Positions 61,975-64,000 of a stretch of DNA of 64,000 nt are shown piece by piece. Below the pieces are notes generated by a model. That model had not been told where the DNA came from and made no database searches. It was given only the letters and a program-made list of their open reading frames with translations. The first letter of the stretch is position 1; every line of letters begins with the position of its first letter. The stretch comes from Schizochytrium sp. TIO01. Its lineage: Eukaryota > Protista > Bigyra: Labyrinthulomycetes. Where the stretch lies: contig SMSO01000005.1 of the NCBI GenBank assembly GCA_004764695.1, forward strand, positions 1,426,001 to 1,490,000, in the 5' to 3' direction. Both the position numbers and the translations under genes were made by a program.

Positions 61975-63966
61975 ATGGCGAAGATCAGTAACATTTGGTG
62001 GGGCTGCCTAGGAGCAGTCGCCGCAGTGCTACTCACTGCTTACGATGCTACTGCAGCTTCTGGCAATGCATTTACTTGCAATCCCCGCGACATCGTTATG
62101 CTGGTTGATGAGACTGGCATGACGAATAGTGAGTTCAAGAAGGTAGAAATCCTTGCGAAGGCTGTAATTTCAGACTTCAACGTTGGAATTGGCAGCGATG
62201 ATGACCGTTTTGCTCTATACGGCTTCACAAATGAAATCACGCACGAATTCAACTTTGGCTCTATCAAGAATGCCAACAAGCTGAAGAAATTCATCAAGAA
62301 GCTCTCTCCAATCAGCTACGGCGTCGCTAGTCTTCCTACGGCATTGGAGCATGCCCTGGAAAAGTTGAACAAATTTGGACGCGATTCGGCCCAGAAGGTT
62401 ATCATCGTCGTCTCAGGAAGCTTCTATGAGATTCCCTCTGACCAAGCATCTGTCGTCGGTGTTTGTGATAACATTGCCGCCATTGGCGATCTGACGGAAG
62501 ATTCTTTGGCTGAGTGCGTGGAAAACTTCTTGGACGAGGCTATGGATGACGAGGTTATCATGATTCATGTCCCTACATCGGCTCCAGCAGGTGACGACAG
62601 TGTCCAAGAAGTTACCACTTCCGCTGAAGCCAACTACGCGACTTGCCCCGGTCACCCTACGGCTAGCCCTACCACCAGCTCGCCCACTGTAAGCCCTACC
62701 ACCAGCTCGCCCACTGTAAGCCCTACCACCAGCTCGCCCACTGCGAGCCCTACCACCAGCTCGCCCACTGCGAGCCCTACCACCAGCTCGCCCACTGCGA
62801 GCCCTACATCTGCGCCCACTCTAGACACCAGTTGCTACGTTTGGGGAAAGAAGTACACTAGCACGATCGGCATTACAGGTGTTAAGAACCCGACCAAGAA
62901 AATCAGATCTTCTACAGCATGTGGCGAGTTGTGCTTTGAGACAGATGGGTGCGAGTTCTTCACTTACCAGGTCAAAGGCAAGAAATGCTACATGTACTCA
63001 GCTGCAGGATCTTCGGCAAACAAGAAGGTGACTAGCTACGTCTCAGGTACCAAATCCTGCGAGACCCGCTCTGTTGAGGGCACTACTGCTGCGCCAACTA
63101 CTGCTGCGCCAACTACTGCTGCGCCAACTACTGCTGCGCCAACTACTGCTGCGCCAACTACTGCTGCGCCAACTACTGCTGCGCCAACTACTGCTGCCCC
63201 AACTACTGCTGCGCCAACTACTGCTGCGCCAACTACTGCTGCGCCAACAATCTATTCACTGGAAAACGCGCTCATTGCAGATGAAATCACTCTGTCTTCG
63301 CCGTACTCCGTGAGTTTCAAATTTACTCTCAACGCCATTAACGATGTAAGCCCTCAGGCTATCATTCATCGCGGTAAAGCCAAGACCAGCAAGAACTTAT
63401 ATCATCGTCAGCCAGCGGTCTTTGTTTCCAAGGGTAAGCAAACCCTTTTGTTACGCAGCAATGTAAATGGCGGCAAAAATAATGGAGAAGGTTGCGAAAC
63501 AACCATTGCGCTAGACTTTGGAGTGGAGTACCAAATCAAGGTCTTTGTGGAAGAAGGCAATGTAATGCAGCTCTGGATCAACGATGACCTTGGTTGCCAA
63601 GTTGAAACCTCAGGATCGCTAAATGACATGGATACTGCCTACCCGCTCTATACTGGAGGCTTTGATGGCTTCCCAACCGCACATGGTACTGTCTCCGATG
63701 TGTCTTGGGATATTGTTTCCGATGAAGACTCTGAAGATAGCACCGGAGACGAGGACTCTGAAGATAGCGCCGGAGACGAGGACTCTGAAGATAGCACCGG
63801 AGACGAGGACTCTGAAGATAGCACCGGAGACGAGGACTCTGAAGAGAGCACCGGAGACGAGGACGCTGAAGAGGGCACCGGAGACGAGGACTCTGAAGAT
63901 AGCATCGGAGAAGAGGACGCCGAAGGCGAAAACCTTCTTCGTAGATTTCTTCGTAGATTTCATTGA
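61975..63966 (+). CDS. Secreted modular adhesin-like protein (vWA-PAN/Apple-LamG-like, acidic repeats x7); copy 2
   Basis: Paralog of 55642-57786, 663 aa. Differs in repeat numbers, 7 substitutions in or just after the vWA domain, and the C-terminal tail. Confidence 0.85.
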   Translation: MAKISNIWWGCLGAVAAVLLTAYDATAASGNAFTCNPRDIVMLVDETGMTNSEFKKVEILAKAVISDFNVGIGSDDDRFALYGFTNEITHEFNFGSIKNANKLKKFIKKLSPISYGVASLPTALEHALEKLNKFGRDSAQKVIIVVSGSFYEIPSDQASVVGVCDNIAAIGDLTEDSLAECVENFLDEAMDDEVIMIHVPTSAPAGDDSVQEVTTSAEANYATCPGHPTASPTTSSPTVSPTTSSPTVSPTTSSPTASPTTSSPTASPTTSSPTASPTSAPTLDTSCYVWGKKYTSTIGITGVKNPTKKIRSSTACGELCFETDGCEFFTYQVKGKKCYMYSAAGSSANKKVTSYVSGTKSCETRSVEGTTAAPTTAAPTTAAPTTAAPTTAAPTTAAPTTAAPTTAAPTTAAPTTAAPTTAAPTIYSLENALIADEITLSSPYSVSFKFTLNAINDVSPQAIIHRGKAKTSKNLYHRQPAVFVSKGKQTLLLRSNVNGGKNNGEGCETTIALDFGVEYQIKVFVEEGNVMQLWINDDLGCQVETSGSLNDMDTAYPLYTGGFDGFPTAHGTVSDVSWDIVSDEDSEDSTGDEDSEDSAGDEDSEDSTGDEDSEDSTGDEDSEESTGDEDAEEGTGDEDSEDSIGEEDAEGENLLRRFLRRFH

Positions 63967-64000
63967 GAGGCTTGACAGATGCGGTCTTTGCGATTAGCGT

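Larger units (their letters stand above)
60481..64000 (+). repeat. Segmental duplication copy 2 (runs off window end)
   Basis: Near-identical to copy 1; position 64000 corresponds to 57829. Confidence 0.95.

Overview
Eukaryotic nuclear DNA: mostly intron-less genes separated by AT-rich, microsatellite-laden spacers. The style resembles a thraustochytrid/labyrinthulomycete stramenopile, which is inference only. The main object is an apparently intact 6.2-kb cut-and-paste DNA transposon (2275-8510). It has 20-bp terminal inverted repeats (TIRs) and a perfect 8-bp target-site duplication (TSD; CACTTGGT). Its single 1844-aa ORF combines a Zn-finger, a helix-hairpin-helix motif, a D-D-DxxH-E transposase core and an intact Ulp1/C48 (SUMO-type) protease. 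A 1.4-kb non-autonomous relative with the same ends and an unrelated interior lies at 51477-52903. Host genes are a CDF zinc transporter, an SLC49/FLVCR-like MFS transporter, a head-to-head RhoGAP (one intron) / RhoGEF (DH-DH-PH-like) pair, a small Cys-rich membrane protein, an ankyrin protein, SMG8, SLX9, and two near-identical secreted vWA-PAN/Apple-LamG-like mucin/acidic-repeat proteins. Homology blocks at 47-64 kb fit an old tandem duplication with reciprocal loss of SLX9 and SMG8 and retention of both adhesin-like copies. Outside the repeat tracts and tail, amino-acid differences between those copies fall only in or just after the vWA domain. I recognised no tRNA, rRNA or CRISPR array.
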